The notes beneath the pieces are model-generated. The model was not told where the DNA came from. It made no database searches and saw nothing but the letters and a program-made list of their open reading frames with translations. A stretch of DNA of 64,000 nt from Candidatus Latescibacterota bacterium (GTDB lineage Bacteria > Latescibacterota > UBA2968 > UBA8231), in the NCBI GenBank assembly GCA_965203175.1, contig OZ241867.1, positions 4,000,001 through 4,064,000 on the forward strand, given 5' to 3'. Of the stretch, positions 18,196 through 27,374 are shown piece after piece (the stretch's first letter is position 1; each line of letters opens with the position of its first letter). The translations under genes were made by a program, and so were the position numbers.

Positions 18196-19383
18196 TTGAC
18201 ACAAATGGAAAAACTATTGGCAGCTATCGACCGAGAATGGGTGGCTGAGCGGACCCGGGAATTGGTCGATATTTACAGCGTAACTATGGCCGAAGCCGAA
18301 GTGTGTCAGGCCTATGAAACCATGATGCGCGAGGTCGGCTTGGAGGTCGATGTGCGGGAAGTGACCCCTGGGCGCAACAACCTCTACGCGCGCATCGCGG
18401 GCCGAGGGGATGGCCCCGCGCTGATGCTCAATGGCCATCTCGACACCATTCCCGTGGGGTCCTGCCCGCCCGCCCGCCGCGAAGGCAACCGCGTGTACGG
18501 ACGGGGGGCGACCGACATGAAGGGGGGCATGGCCGCGGCGTTAGCCGCGGTCAAGGCGCTCTTGGAAAGCGGGGTAGAGTTGCAGGGCGACTTGTGGCTG
18601 ACGGCCATTGTGGGGCACGAGGAGGTCGAGGCGCAAAAGGACGGGCCGCTGGCGCTGATCGCCGATCACAACAGCGGCCGGATTGGCGGCGACCGGATCT
18701 TGATCGTCGAGGGCCGCGACGCGCTGTGGGTGATGAGCATGGGGTCCATGGTCTTTACCATTGCACTTGAATCGGACGCCGGCGGCAAGCACACCCAGTA
18801 CGTGCCCTTTGCGGAAAATCCGCTCCGCTTTGTGGGCGCGCTCATCGAACGGATCCACCAGTATCAACTCGAACTCGACGCAGGGCCAGCACACGCCTTG
18901 GCCGGTGCCGAGCAAATCGACTTAGGCATTGTCGCCGGGGGCGACTATTTCAATCGCACGCCGCTTTGCTGCACGCTGACGGGGACTCGACGTTGGCTGC
19001 CGGGGCGCACTGCGCCGCAGGTATTGGCGGAGTTGGAAGCCTTGGCGCAACCGTTGGCCGAGGCTGGGGGATTGGGCCTGCGGGTCGAGATGGAGCACGA
19101 GCGCGAGCCTTTTGAGACGCTCGCTGGCGATGCGGCCGTGCAAGCGGTGGGGCGGGCGCACGAGCAGATGACCGGCCAAGAGGCAGAGCTGGTGGGGATG
19201 CGGATTGTGGGGGATGCCAATTTATACGTGCACGGGACGGGGGTGCCGACTTTTTACTACGGTCCTTCGAACGAGACGGCACACGCGGATGTAGAGTGGG
19301 TAGAAGTGGATCGGCTGGAGCGGGCGGCGCAAGTGTACGCGCTGGCCGCAGCCGACTATTGCGGCGTCGCATCCCCGGATTAA
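18196..19383 (+). CDS. M20 family metallo-hydrolase (ArgE/DapE-like)
   Basis: 'LNGHLDT', 'YGRGATDMKGG', 'GHEE', 'AHADVE'. Confidence 0.9.
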   Translation: MTQMEKLLAAIDREWVAERTRELVDIYSVTMAEAEVCQAYETMMREVGLEVDVREVTPGRNNLYARIAGRGDGPALMLNGHLDTIPVGSCPPARREGNRVYGRGATDMKGGMAAALAAVKALLESGVELQGDLWLTAIVGHEEVEAQKDGPLALIADHNSGRIGGDRILIVEGRDALWVMSMGSMVFTIALESDAGGKHTQYVPFAENPLRFVGALIERIHQYQLELDAGPAHALAGAEQIDLGIVAGGDYFNRTPLCCTLTGTRRWLPGRTAPQVLAELEALAQPLAEAGGLGLRVEMEHEREPFETLAGDAAVQAVGRAHEQMTGQEAELVGMRIVGDANLYVHGTGVPTFYYGPSNETAHADVEWVEVDRLERAAQVYALAAADYCGVASPD

Positions 19384-19388
19384 ATGCC

Positions 19389-20567
19389 ATGGATATCCAA
19401 GCAATTCGCCGCGATTTCCCCGCGCTGGAGCAATACACTTGGTTCCAGAATGGGGGGGTGAGCATCACGCCGGTGCCGGTGGCTGCTGAGTACACGCGGT
19501 GGACGGAGGAGATAGTGCGGCGGGGGCCTTTACACATCGTCTATCCAGAGGAAGAGTATCCCCGGCGCAAGGCGGCGATGGAGCGGCTGGCGCGGTTTTT
19601 CGGCGTGGTGGCTGGAGAGTTGGCATTGATGCGGGGGGTCAGCGAGGGATTTCAGACGGTGGTGCGGGGGATGGAGTGGGCGGCTGGGGACGAGATTGTG
19701 ATCAGTGCGGATGAGGAGGCGGCGCTGCTTTTGCCGGCTCTGCACTTGCGGGATTTGTACGGGGTCGAGGTGGTGAAGGTGCCGCTGATTGACGACGACG
19801 ATGGGCAGGTGCAGGCCGTGGAGGAGCGGCTGGGGGAACGGACCAAGCTGATGGCCCTGAGCCATGTGACGACGGACTTGGGATTCCGCCTGCCAGTGGA
19901 GCGGATTTGCGCGGCAGCGCGGGCGCGGGGGGTGTGCAGCTTTTTGGACATGGCGCATTCGGCGGGGCTGTACCCTTTGGACTTGCACGCGCTGGGATGC
20001 GATTTTGCCGGGTTGCTCTCCTATAAGTGGATGTACGCGCCGTATGCTGCGGGGTTGCTCTACGCGCGGCAGGAGGCTCTCGACGCGGTACAGGTGCGCT
20101 ATGCCGGCGGACGGGCTGAACAGTGGTTGGACCCGGTGGCGGACACCTTCGCACTGCGCGAGACAGCCGAGCGCTTTCAGTACGGTCCTTGGTGCTGGCC
20201 GCTGGTGCTGGCTTGGGCCTTTGCCGTTGAGTACTTGTCGGCTATCGGGCTGGAGGCGATCTGGGCGCGGACGGTGGCGTTGGCTGGGCGGCTGAAAGAG
20301 GGGCTGGCGCAGATACCGGGTGCAGTGCTCTACACTCCGCGCTCCCCTGAGCGGTCTGCGGCGCTGGTCAGCTTCGGGCTGGAGGGATGGAAGGGAGAGG
20401 AATTGAGTCAGGCCCTTCGGGATGAGTGGAACATGGTCATCAAGCCGCTGCCGCACGGGCGCGAGGGCTTGCGCGCCAGCGTCACCTTTTTTCTACTGGA
20501 ATCTGAAATCGACGAATTGCTCGCAGCGCTGAACAGCTTGGCCAAGCAAAGGAGCAAGGCCCGTTGA
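19389..20567 (+). CDS. Class V PLP-dependent aminotransferase / cysteine desulfurase-like
   Basis: 'IRRDFPAL', 'LDMAHSAG', 'SYKWM' PLP lysine. Confidence 0.88.
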   Translation: MDIQAIRRDFPALEQYTWFQNGGVSITPVPVAAEYTRWTEEIVRRGPLHIVYPEEEYPRRKAAMERLARFFGVVAGELALMRGVSEGFQTVVRGMEWAAGDEIVISADEEAALLLPALHLRDLYGVEVVKVPLIDDDDGQVQAVEERLGERTKLMALSHVTTDLGFRLPVERICAAARARGVCSFLDMAHSAGLYPLDLHALGCDFAGLLSYKWMYAPYAAGLLYARQEALDAVQVRYAGGRAEQWLDPVADTFALRETAERFQYGPWCWPLVLAWAFAVEYLSAIGLEAIWARTVALAGRLKEGLAQIPGAVLYTPRSPERSAALVSFGLEGWKGEELSQALRDEWNMVIKPLPHGREGLRASVTFFLLESEIDELLAALNSLAKQRSKAR

Positions 20568-22828
20568 CCGCACAACAAACTGGACCAGCTACAGGTAGCC
20601 CCTCTGAATCTTCCCAAGTGGGGCACGGCTTTGGCACCGCGCCTGTTTTTCTCGCGTCAATCAGCACGATCCTCGGCGCGATCCTGTTCCTGCGCTTTGG
20701 ATACGCGGTTGCGCATGTCGGCCTTTGGGGCAGTCTCATGATCATCGTTATCGGGCATCTCGTGACCATTCCCACGGTCTTAGCGGTGTCTGAGATTGCC
20801 ACGAATCGCCGCGTGGCGGGGGGCGGAGCGTACTACATTATTAGCCGCTCTTTTGGCACCAGCATTGGCGGCTCGATCGGGATTGCACTGTACCTCTCCC
20901 AGGCGATCTCGGTTGCCTTCTACTTGGTCGCCTTCGCAGAAGCATTTGAGCCTGTTTACGAGTGGGTCGCTGCGACGTACGCAGTGGAAGCCGATCCGCG
21001 TTGGGTGAGCTTGCCTTGTACAGTCTTGCTGGCCGTATTGATGCTCATCAAAGGTGCCGGTCTCGGCGTTAGGGCACTGTGGCTCGTCAGCGTGATTTTG
21101 GGGGTGTCGATTGCCGCATTCCTCTTAGGGCAGGCTCCCGAGTCGATCCGTCCCGACGGGTTTCATCTGACCGCTCGCATCGAAGGTGGAGATGCTTTCA
21201 GCATCGTCTTCGCAACGTGCTTTCCTGCCTTTACAGGTATGATCGCGGGCTTGGGACTTTCCGGCGACCTTAAGAATCCCCAGAAAAGCATCCCGCTTGG
21301 CATAATCGGCGCGACGCTCGCGGGCATGGTCGTGTACGCGTTGGTCGCCATCAAGCTCGCCCAGAGCGCGACGCCAGAGGCCCTTGCTGCCGATCAGTTT
21401 GTCATGGCGCAGATCGCCCTGTGGGGGCCGGCAATCTACATGGGGTTGGGTGCTGCCGCTTTGTCATCTGCCCTTGGTTCGATCCTCGTCGCTCCCAGAA
21501 CCCTGCAAGCGCTAGCGCGCGACAACGTGCTGCCTGTTCCAAAACTGAATCGCCTGCTGGAGAAAGGCTGGGGCAGAGCACAGGAGCCGGTGCCTGCAAC
21601 CTGCGTGTCGAGTGCCATCGCCATCGCATTTGTTGCTTTGGGAGACATTGACTTTATCGCCCATATTCTCAGCATGTTCTTCATGGTGACTTATGGTGCC
21701 CTTTGCTCGGTATCATTCCTCGAATATTTCGCCGGCAATCCGTCGTACCGCCCCACCTTCCATTCGCGCTGGTACCTGTCGCTGTTGGGCGCAGTAATGT
21801 GCGGCCTGATGATGATCCAGATGAACGCGCTGTACGCATTTGTGGCGATCTCTCTCATGGTAGCGACTTACCTCGGGCTGCGACGCTCGCGGCGAGGAGA
21901 GCGCGGCCTGACGGCGATCTTACAAGGGACGATGTTCCAACTGACTCGTCGTCTGCAGATCACGCTGCAGAAGAACCGCGCGGTGAAATCGGAAGGGGGC
22001 TGGCGGCCCTCGATTATCGCGGTGACCCGTTTTGGGGAACGTCGGCTGGGGCACTTCGACCTGCTGCGCTGGATCAGCCATCGGCATGGGTTTGGGCACT
22101 TCATTCAGTTTTTTCAGGGAGAATACTCGTTCACTGAAGAAATCGAGGCCCGCATGCAGAAGGGGAGACTGATCGAGCGAGCCGAGGTCAGCGGGGCGGG
22201 CATTTTCGTGGATTCGCTGATTTGTCCTTCGTTCCAGATGGCGCTGGCGCAGACGCTCCAGATGCCAGGGATCTCGGGCTTGCCCAACAACTGCGTTCTG
22301 CTCGAGTTCGACAAAGAGCATCCAGAAGAGATCAAAGAGACCACGCAGGGCGCGCTCCTGGCAACGGAATCGATGATTAATGTCCTGATCCTGCGGTCGA
22401 CAAATTACCGTTTTGGCTATCGGTCCTCGATTCACTTGTGGGTGACTGAGGAGAATCTTGCAAACGCTCCGCTGATGCTGCTTTTGGCGTACATCATTGT
22501 AGGACACCGGGAGTGGCGACACGCCGAGATTCGGCTCTTCGCGTGCTTCAATTCCGGAGACGGAGGACGCGAAACGCAGAAGCTTTCCAGTTTGATGACC
22601 GAAGGACGATTGCCAATCTCTAAGCAGAATGTGACGTCGGTTCATTGTACGAGCAGTGAATCTCTCGAATTTGAGGTGTCTCTCCGATCCTCTAAGGCCG
22701 ATCTGGTCATCGCGGGCCTGGCCGATGACGACATCAAATCGGGCAAGGCAGAGCAAGCGCTCCAGTGCTACGACGGGGCAAACGACGTGTTGTTCGTCCA
22801 TGCGAGCGAGCCAGTTTTGATCGAGTAA
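20564..22828 (+). CDS. Amino acid permease / prokaryotic cation-chloride cotransporter (SLC12-like)
   Basis: 'ILGAILFLR', 'SEIATN', 'GGGAYYIISRSFG', 'FPAFTG', 'SGDLKNPQKSIPLG', 'YRPTF', plus a large cytoplasmic domain starting 'WRPSI'. Confidence 0.88.
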   Translation: MTAQQTGPATGSPSESSQVGHGFGTAPVFLASISTILGAILFLRFGYAVAHVGLWGSLMIIVIGHLVTIPTVLAVSEIATNRRVAGGGAYYIISRSFGTSIGGSIGIALYLSQAISVAFYLVAFAEAFEPVYEWVAATYAVEADPRWVSLPCTVLLAVLMLIKGAGLGVRALWLVSVILGVSIAAFLLGQAPESIRPDGFHLTARIEGGDAFSIVFATCFPAFTGMIAGLGLSGDLKNPQKSIPLGIIGATLAGMVVYALVAIKLAQSATPEALAADQFVMAQIALWGPAIYMGLGAAALSSALGSILVAPRTLQALARDNVLPVPKLNRLLEKGWGRAQEPVPATCVSSAIAIAFVALGDIDFIAHILSMFFMVTYGALCSVSFLEYFAGNPSYRPTFHSRWYLSLLGAVMCGLMMIQMNALYAFVAISLMVATYLGLRRSRRGERGLTAILQGTMFQLTRRLQITLQKNRAVKSEGGWRPSIIAVTRFGERRLGHFDLLRWISHRHGFGHFIQFFQGEYSFTEEIEARMQKGRLIERAEVSGAGIFVDSLICPSFQMALAQTLQMPGISGLPNNCVLLEFDKEHPEEIKETTQGALLATESMINVLILRSTNYRFGYRSSIHLWVTEENLANAPLMLLLAYIIVGHREWRHAEIRLFACFNSGDGGRETQKLSSLMTEGRLPISKQNVTSVHCTSSESLEFEVSLRSSKADLVIAGLADDDIKSGKAEQALQCYDGANDVLFVHASEPVLIE

Positions 22829-22869
22829 TCGGTCGCTTGGGTGCCACCCATCATCGAAGGAGTAGGGGT

Positions 22870-24282
22870 TTGAAAGGGCTGAGGAAGTCGTTCAAGGACA
22901 GCGTCGACCGAATGTTTGAGGCCGCCGCCACCGCGATGGAACTCGAGCCGGGACTCGCCGACCAGATCAGGACGTGCAACTCCGTGTTCCAGGTCAGCTT
23001 CCCCGTTCACATACGGGGCGAGTTTCGGGTTTTCACCGGCTGGCGCGCCGTCCACAGCGAGCACTTCCTGCCGGTAAAAGGCGGGATCCGCTATGCGCCA
23101 ATCGCCGACCAGGACGAGGTGGAGGCCCTGGCCGCCCTGATGACCTACAAGTGCGCCATCGTCGACGTCCCGTACGGAGGCTCTAAAGGAGCCCTACAGA
23201 TTGATCCGCGCGACTACGACGCCGCAGAGCTCGAACTGATCACTCGCAATTTCACGATGGAGCTGGCGAAGAAAGGCTACATCAGCCCCAGCCTCAACGT
23301 GCCGGCTCCCGATATGGGTACGGGCGCGCGCGAGATGGGATGGATCGCAGATGCCTACCGGACCCTGTATCCCAACGACATCAACGCCGTCGCCTGTGTC
23401 ACCGGCAAACCCGTGCACATGAGCGGAATCCGCGGCCGCAACGAGGCGACGGGGCGCGGGGTGCAATACGCCCTCAGAGAATTCTTCCGCCATCCCGAAG
23501 ATGTGCACAGGGCCGGGATGGATGGAGGCCTGGAGGGTAAGCGCGTAATCATCCAGGGCCTGGGCAACGTAGGGTACCACGCCGCGAAGTTTCTGTCCGA
23601 AGAGGATGGCACCAAGGTGGTAGCTGTTATTGAGCGCGAGGGGGCTGTAGTGTGTGAGGACGGGCTAGACATCGAGAAACTCGCCACCTATCGCCGCGAA
23701 AAGGGCGATGGCCAGGGATTTCGGGACTCCGAGTTCGTGGAGGACGGCAGCTTTTTGCTGGAAGCAGACTGCGACATCCTGATCCCCGCAGCCATCGAAG
23801 CGGTGATCACCGTTGAAAACGCCGAGCGCATCCAGGCGCGGCTGATCGCCGAGGCCGCCAACGGTCCGACCACTTTCGAGGCCGACGAAATCCTGCGCGA
23901 TCGCGGCAAGGTGGTGATTCCGGACGCTTATCTGAACGCAGGGGGTGTAATAGTCTCCTATTTCGAATGGATCAAGAACCTGTCCCACATCCGCTTTGGC
24001 CGCATGGACCGGCGCATCGACGAGCTGCGCGGACAGCGCATCGTCGAGGCGATCGAGACTGCGGTCGGCAAACCCTTGCCCGAAACCCAGCGACACGACC
24101 TGATGCGCGGAGCCGATGAGTTGGATCTGGTGCGATCTGGCCTAGACGACACCATGCGGCAGGCGTACAACGAGCTGCGCGAGGTGTTTTTGCGTCATGA
24201 CAAGGTGCATGACCTGCGCACTGCGGCGTACGTCGTGGCGATCGAGAAGATCGCGCAGAGCTACCGGGAAATGGTGTACTGA
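22870..24282 (+). CDS. gdhA: Glutamate dehydrogenase (Glu/Leu/Phe/Val family)
   Basis: 'PVKGGIRY', 'LMTYKCA', 'PYGGSKG', 'VPAPDMGT', 'IQGLGNVG', 'EAANGPTT', 'SYFEW'; TTG start after AAGGAG. Confidence 0.93.
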   Translation: MKGLRKSFKDSVDRMFEAAATAMELEPGLADQIRTCNSVFQVSFPVHIRGEFRVFTGWRAVHSEHFLPVKGGIRYAPIADQDEVEALAALMTYKCAIVDVPYGGSKGALQIDPRDYDAAELELITRNFTMELAKKGYISPSLNVPAPDMGTGAREMGWIADAYRTLYPNDINAVACVTGKPVHMSGIRGRNEATGRGVQYALREFFRHPEDVHRAGMDGGLEGKRVIIQGLGNVGYHAAKFLSEEDGTKVVAVIEREGAVVCEDGLDIEKLATYRREKGDGQGFRDSEFVEDGSFLLEADCDILIPAAIEAVITVENAERIQARLIAEAANGPTTFEADEILRDRGKVVIPDAYLNAGGVIVSYFEWIKNLSHIRFGRMDRRIDELRGQRIVEAIETAVGKPLPETQRHDLMRGADELDLVRSGLDDTMRQAYNELREVFLRHDKVHDLRTAAYVVAIEKIAQSYREMVY

Positions 24283-24303
24283 TGGCGGCTGACGTGCAAC
24301 AGA

Positions 24304-24358
24304 GCAAGCCTCTGTCACACGGACGAGAGGGCTTGCGCACCACTCTCGCCTTTTTCTT
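24304..24358 (+). terminator. Probable terminator hairpin after gdh
   Basis: GCAAGCCTCT...AGAGGGCTTGC imperfect stem; T-rich tract lies some distance downstream. Confidence 0.4.
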
Positions 24359-24418
24359 ACTTGAGGCCGCAATTGACCACCTACTCGCGGCGTTGGGCCG
24401 CTTGCAAAGGAGCTAAGC

Positions 24419-25495
24419 GTGAAAATCACCAAAGTAGAAACCATTCAGATAGAGACCCCGCGCTACTACGGCCACATCTCCGGGCACGTGCTGGTCAAGG
24501 TTTTTGTCGATGACGGCCCAGTCGGCTGGGGCGAAGCGTCCGACAGTCGCGCCGAGGATTTGGCGGCCATTGCCCGGCAGTACAACGAGCTGTTGGTGGG
24601 GCGGGACGCTGGGGCTATTACGGAGATCAACGAGCTGTTGCGCGGTCACGCCTTTCACAGCTCGGTGACCAATCTCCACCTCGCCTCGGCAATTGACTTG
24701 GCACTCTACGATCTCCACGGCAAGGCCCAAGGGGTGCCGGCGTACAGGCTTTTGGGCGGCAAGATGCGGGAGAAGCTCTATTGCTGTTATCCGATCTTTG
24801 GCTGGCAGGTAAAAGAGGACTTCGAGTGCACGCTGGGCTATCTTCAGCGGCTGCTCGACTTGGGCCACCACCTGTTTCGCTACTACGTGTCGGGTGATAG
24901 CGCGCTCGACGATCGCTTCTTAGACGAGGCCAAACGCCGCTTCGACGACCGGCTCAAGCTCAAGTCCATCGATTTTTCCGGGCGCTTCACCGATTGGGAG
25001 ACGGCCGTTCGCTACGCCGATGTCCTCCGCCACCACGCGCCCTATCACTTTGAGCAGCCCTCGCGCAGTCTGCGGGTCTCGGCCGAATTTGTGCGGCGCG
25101 TTGACCTGCCAGTAAGCTGGCACATCAACAGCCTAGAACTGGGCATGGAAGCCATTGAAAAAAGGGCCTGCACGGCCTTTAACGTCGCCTGCGTCTGCGG
25201 CGGCCCGACTCATATCCGCCGGCTTTTCGCTTTGGCGGAGGCGGCTGGGTTCCGCTGCTTGATCGGCACCGACCAAGAATCGACGCTGGGGGTTTCGGCG
25301 CAGGTCAGCGTTGGCATCGCCATGCCCAACACCAACTTGCCCTGCGACCCAATGGGGCCGGTGCTGTACACGGAGTCGCCGGCCGTGGAAAGGGTGCGGG
25401 CCGAGGGCAGCTACTTGTATCCGTTTGAAGGGCCGGGTTTGGGTGTGGAAATCGACGCGGACAAGCTGCGCGCAATAACCGTAGAGGAAGCGTGA
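24419..25495 (+). CDS. Mandelate racemase / muconate lactonizing enzyme family protein
   Basis: 'MKITKVET', 'GWGEA', 'SAIDLALYDLHGKAQGVPAYRLLGGK', 'GPGLGVEID'. Confidence 0.9.
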   Translation: MKITKVETIQIETPRYYGHISGHVLVKVFVDDGPVGWGEASDSRAEDLAAIARQYNELLVGRDAGAITEINELLRGHAFHSSVTNLHLASAIDLALYDLHGKAQGVPAYRLLGGKMREKLYCCYPIFGWQVKEDFECTLGYLQRLLDLGHHLFRYYVSGDSALDDRFLDEAKRRFDDRLKLKSIDFSGRFTDWETAVRYADVLRHHAPYHFEQPSRSLRVSAEFVRRVDLPVSWHINSLELGMEAIEKRACTAFNVACVCGGPTHIRRLFALAEAAGFRCLIGTDQESTLGVSAQVSVGIAMPNTNLPCDPMGPVLYTESPAVERVRAEGSYLYPFEGPGLGVEIDADKLRAITVEEA

Positions 25496-25607
25496 TTGCT
25501 CCCAAGTCTAACGATTTGGCCGTCTTGCCGGTTTGACCTTTTGCCAGTTGTGACGCAGTATATATCCTTTCGACAATACTTGAGTTACACATAAACAGGA
25601 GCGAGTA

Positions 25608-26600
25608 ATGAGCGAAGCAAACCGCGCGACCTGGGCCGACAATTGGCTCGGGTACCGGGAGGAAATCAAGGTCGTCGATGTCACAATCCGTGATGGCGGC
25701 TTGATGAACGACCACCAGTTCACTGACGAGGTAGTCCGAGGCGTGTACGAGTCCTGCGTCGAGGCCGGGATTGACTACATGGAAATCGGCTATGTCAATT
25801 CGCAGGAGCAGTTTCCGCCCAGCGAGTTTGGGCCGTGGAAGCACTGCCGCGAAGAGGACATTCGCCGCATCGTCGGCGACAACAACACCTCGCTGAAGTT
25901 GGCTGCTATGGCCGACGCCGAAAAAAGCGATTACAAGACGGACATCCTGCCGGCGTCTGAGAGCGTGTTGGACATGATCCGCGTGGCCACCTATATCCAC
26001 CAGATGCCGCTGGCATTGGACATGGTCAAGGACGCCTCCGACAAGGGCTATGAGACGACCTTAAACTTAATGGCCGTTTCCACCGTGCCGGAGTCCGAAG
26101 TCAAGAGTGCGCTGGAGATGCTGGTGCACTCAGACGTGGGGGCTGTGTACGTGGTCGATAGCTTTGGCTCGCTCTACAGCGAGCAGATCCGCGCGCTGTG
26201 CAACATGTTTTTCGAATACTGCGAGGGCACCCAGATCGAGGTCGGGATCCACGCCCACAACAATCGGCAACTGGCCTTTGCCAATACCATCGAAGCCGTA
26301 GTGCTGGGGGCCAATTGCGCGGACGCGAGTTTCGCTGGCTTGGGTCGCGGCGCGGGCAATTGCCAGATGGAGCTTTTGTTGGGCTTTTTGCACAACCCGA
26401 AATTCCGCTTGCGCCCAGTGCTCAAGTGCATTGAGGAGCACGTTGAGCCGCTGCGCTCCAAGCTGCTGTGGGGCTACGATTATCCCTACATGATCACTGG
26501 CTTGCTCAACGAGCATCCACGAGCTGGCATGGCTTTCAACGTCTCTGAGGACCGGGGCAAGATCGTCCAGTTCTACGACCAGATGAAAGAGCAGGAGTGA
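25608..26600 (+). CDS. HMGL-like (DRE-TIM) aldolase, 4-hydroxy-2-oxovalerate aldolase-like
   Basis: 'DVTIRDGG', 'VVDSFGS', 'GIHAHNNRQLAFAN', 'GLGRGAGN'. Confidence 0.88.
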   Translation: MSEANRATWADNWLGYREEIKVVDVTIRDGGLMNDHQFTDEVVRGVYESCVEAGIDYMEIGYVNSQEQFPPSEFGPWKHCREEDIRRIVGDNNTSLKLAAMADAEKSDYKTDILPASESVLDMIRVATYIHQMPLALDMVKDASDKGYETTLNLMAVSTVPESEVKSALEMLVHSDVGAVYVVDSFGSLYSEQIRALCNMFFEYCEGTQIEVGIHAHNNRQLAFANTIEAVVLGANCADASFAGLGRGAGNCQMELLLGFLHNPKFRLRPVLKCIEEHVEPLRSKLLWGYDYPYMITGLLNEHPRAGMAFNVSEDRGKIVQFYDQMKEQE

Positions 26601-26606
26601 GTCTGT

Positions 26607-27209
26607 TCAATACCAGAGATAGCTGGCGTTGAAGGCGATGACCAAGCCCGTGACCTCGGCTTTGATCGCTTGGTCGCCGATCGCAGCCTCGGCGCTTGGC
26701 GCGCCCCAGCCGACGGTGCCTTTGACCATCCAGTTCTTGCGCACCTCGTAGCCTATACTGCCGGCCAGTCCGAGGCCATCGAGGACGTTGTCGCCTCCGT
26801 CGTCCCAGCGCGCGGTGCCGATGACGGCTTCGACGAAAGGCGATGGGGCGTGTTTCCTGAAGAAATAGGTCGCGCTAAAGCCGTCAATCTCAAAGCTGGT
26901 GTTGCCCTTGGCGACCGCTTTGCCGAGGAGCTTGGTCTCGTCGGCGTCGGTGTCGTTGCCCAAGTCCAAGACCCAGCCTAAGACAAGGTGGTCAGTGAGG
27001 CCATAGCCGAACTGGAGGGCCATCCCGAATGCCGAGTCGCTGTTCTTGTGCCGGGAAGGTTCACCGTCGATGAGCCACTCTTGCTCGATGGACTGATAGC
27101 TCGGCCCAAGGCCCAAACCGAACTGAAAGCCCTGGCGTCTTCCATCAAAGGCGTGGGCGGCGAGCGGCAGTGCTAGTAAGAGGGTGAGAAGAGGTAAGGC
27201 GCGTTGCAT
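26607..27209 (-). CDS. Small outer-membrane beta-barrel protein
   Basis: Signal peptide MQRALPLL...AHA; alternating amphipathic strands; aromatic C-terminus 'SYLWY'. Confidence 0.75.
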   Translation of the reverse strand: MQRALPLLTLLLALPLAAHAFDGRRQGFQFGLGLGPSYQSIEQEWLIDGEPSRHKNSDSAFGMALQFGYGLTDHLVLGWVLDLGNDTDADETKLLGKAVAKGNTSFEIDGFSATYFFRKHAPSPFVEAVIGTARWDDGGDNVLDGLGLAGSIGYEVRKNWMVKGTVGWGAPSAEAAIGDQAIKAEVTGLVIAFNASYLWY

Positions 27210-27374
27210 AATGAAGCTCCATTCAGAAGTACGAGATTGGATAAGCAAAGAAGAGGGACTTAAATGGGCTGTCAAATTATCTAACACCGCTACCGGCGAT
27301 AAGTGCCACCCCGCAGCGGTGAGATAGCTCAAAGCGCGAGACTGCCGCATATACCGGAGCCGGAGTAAGAGTCT

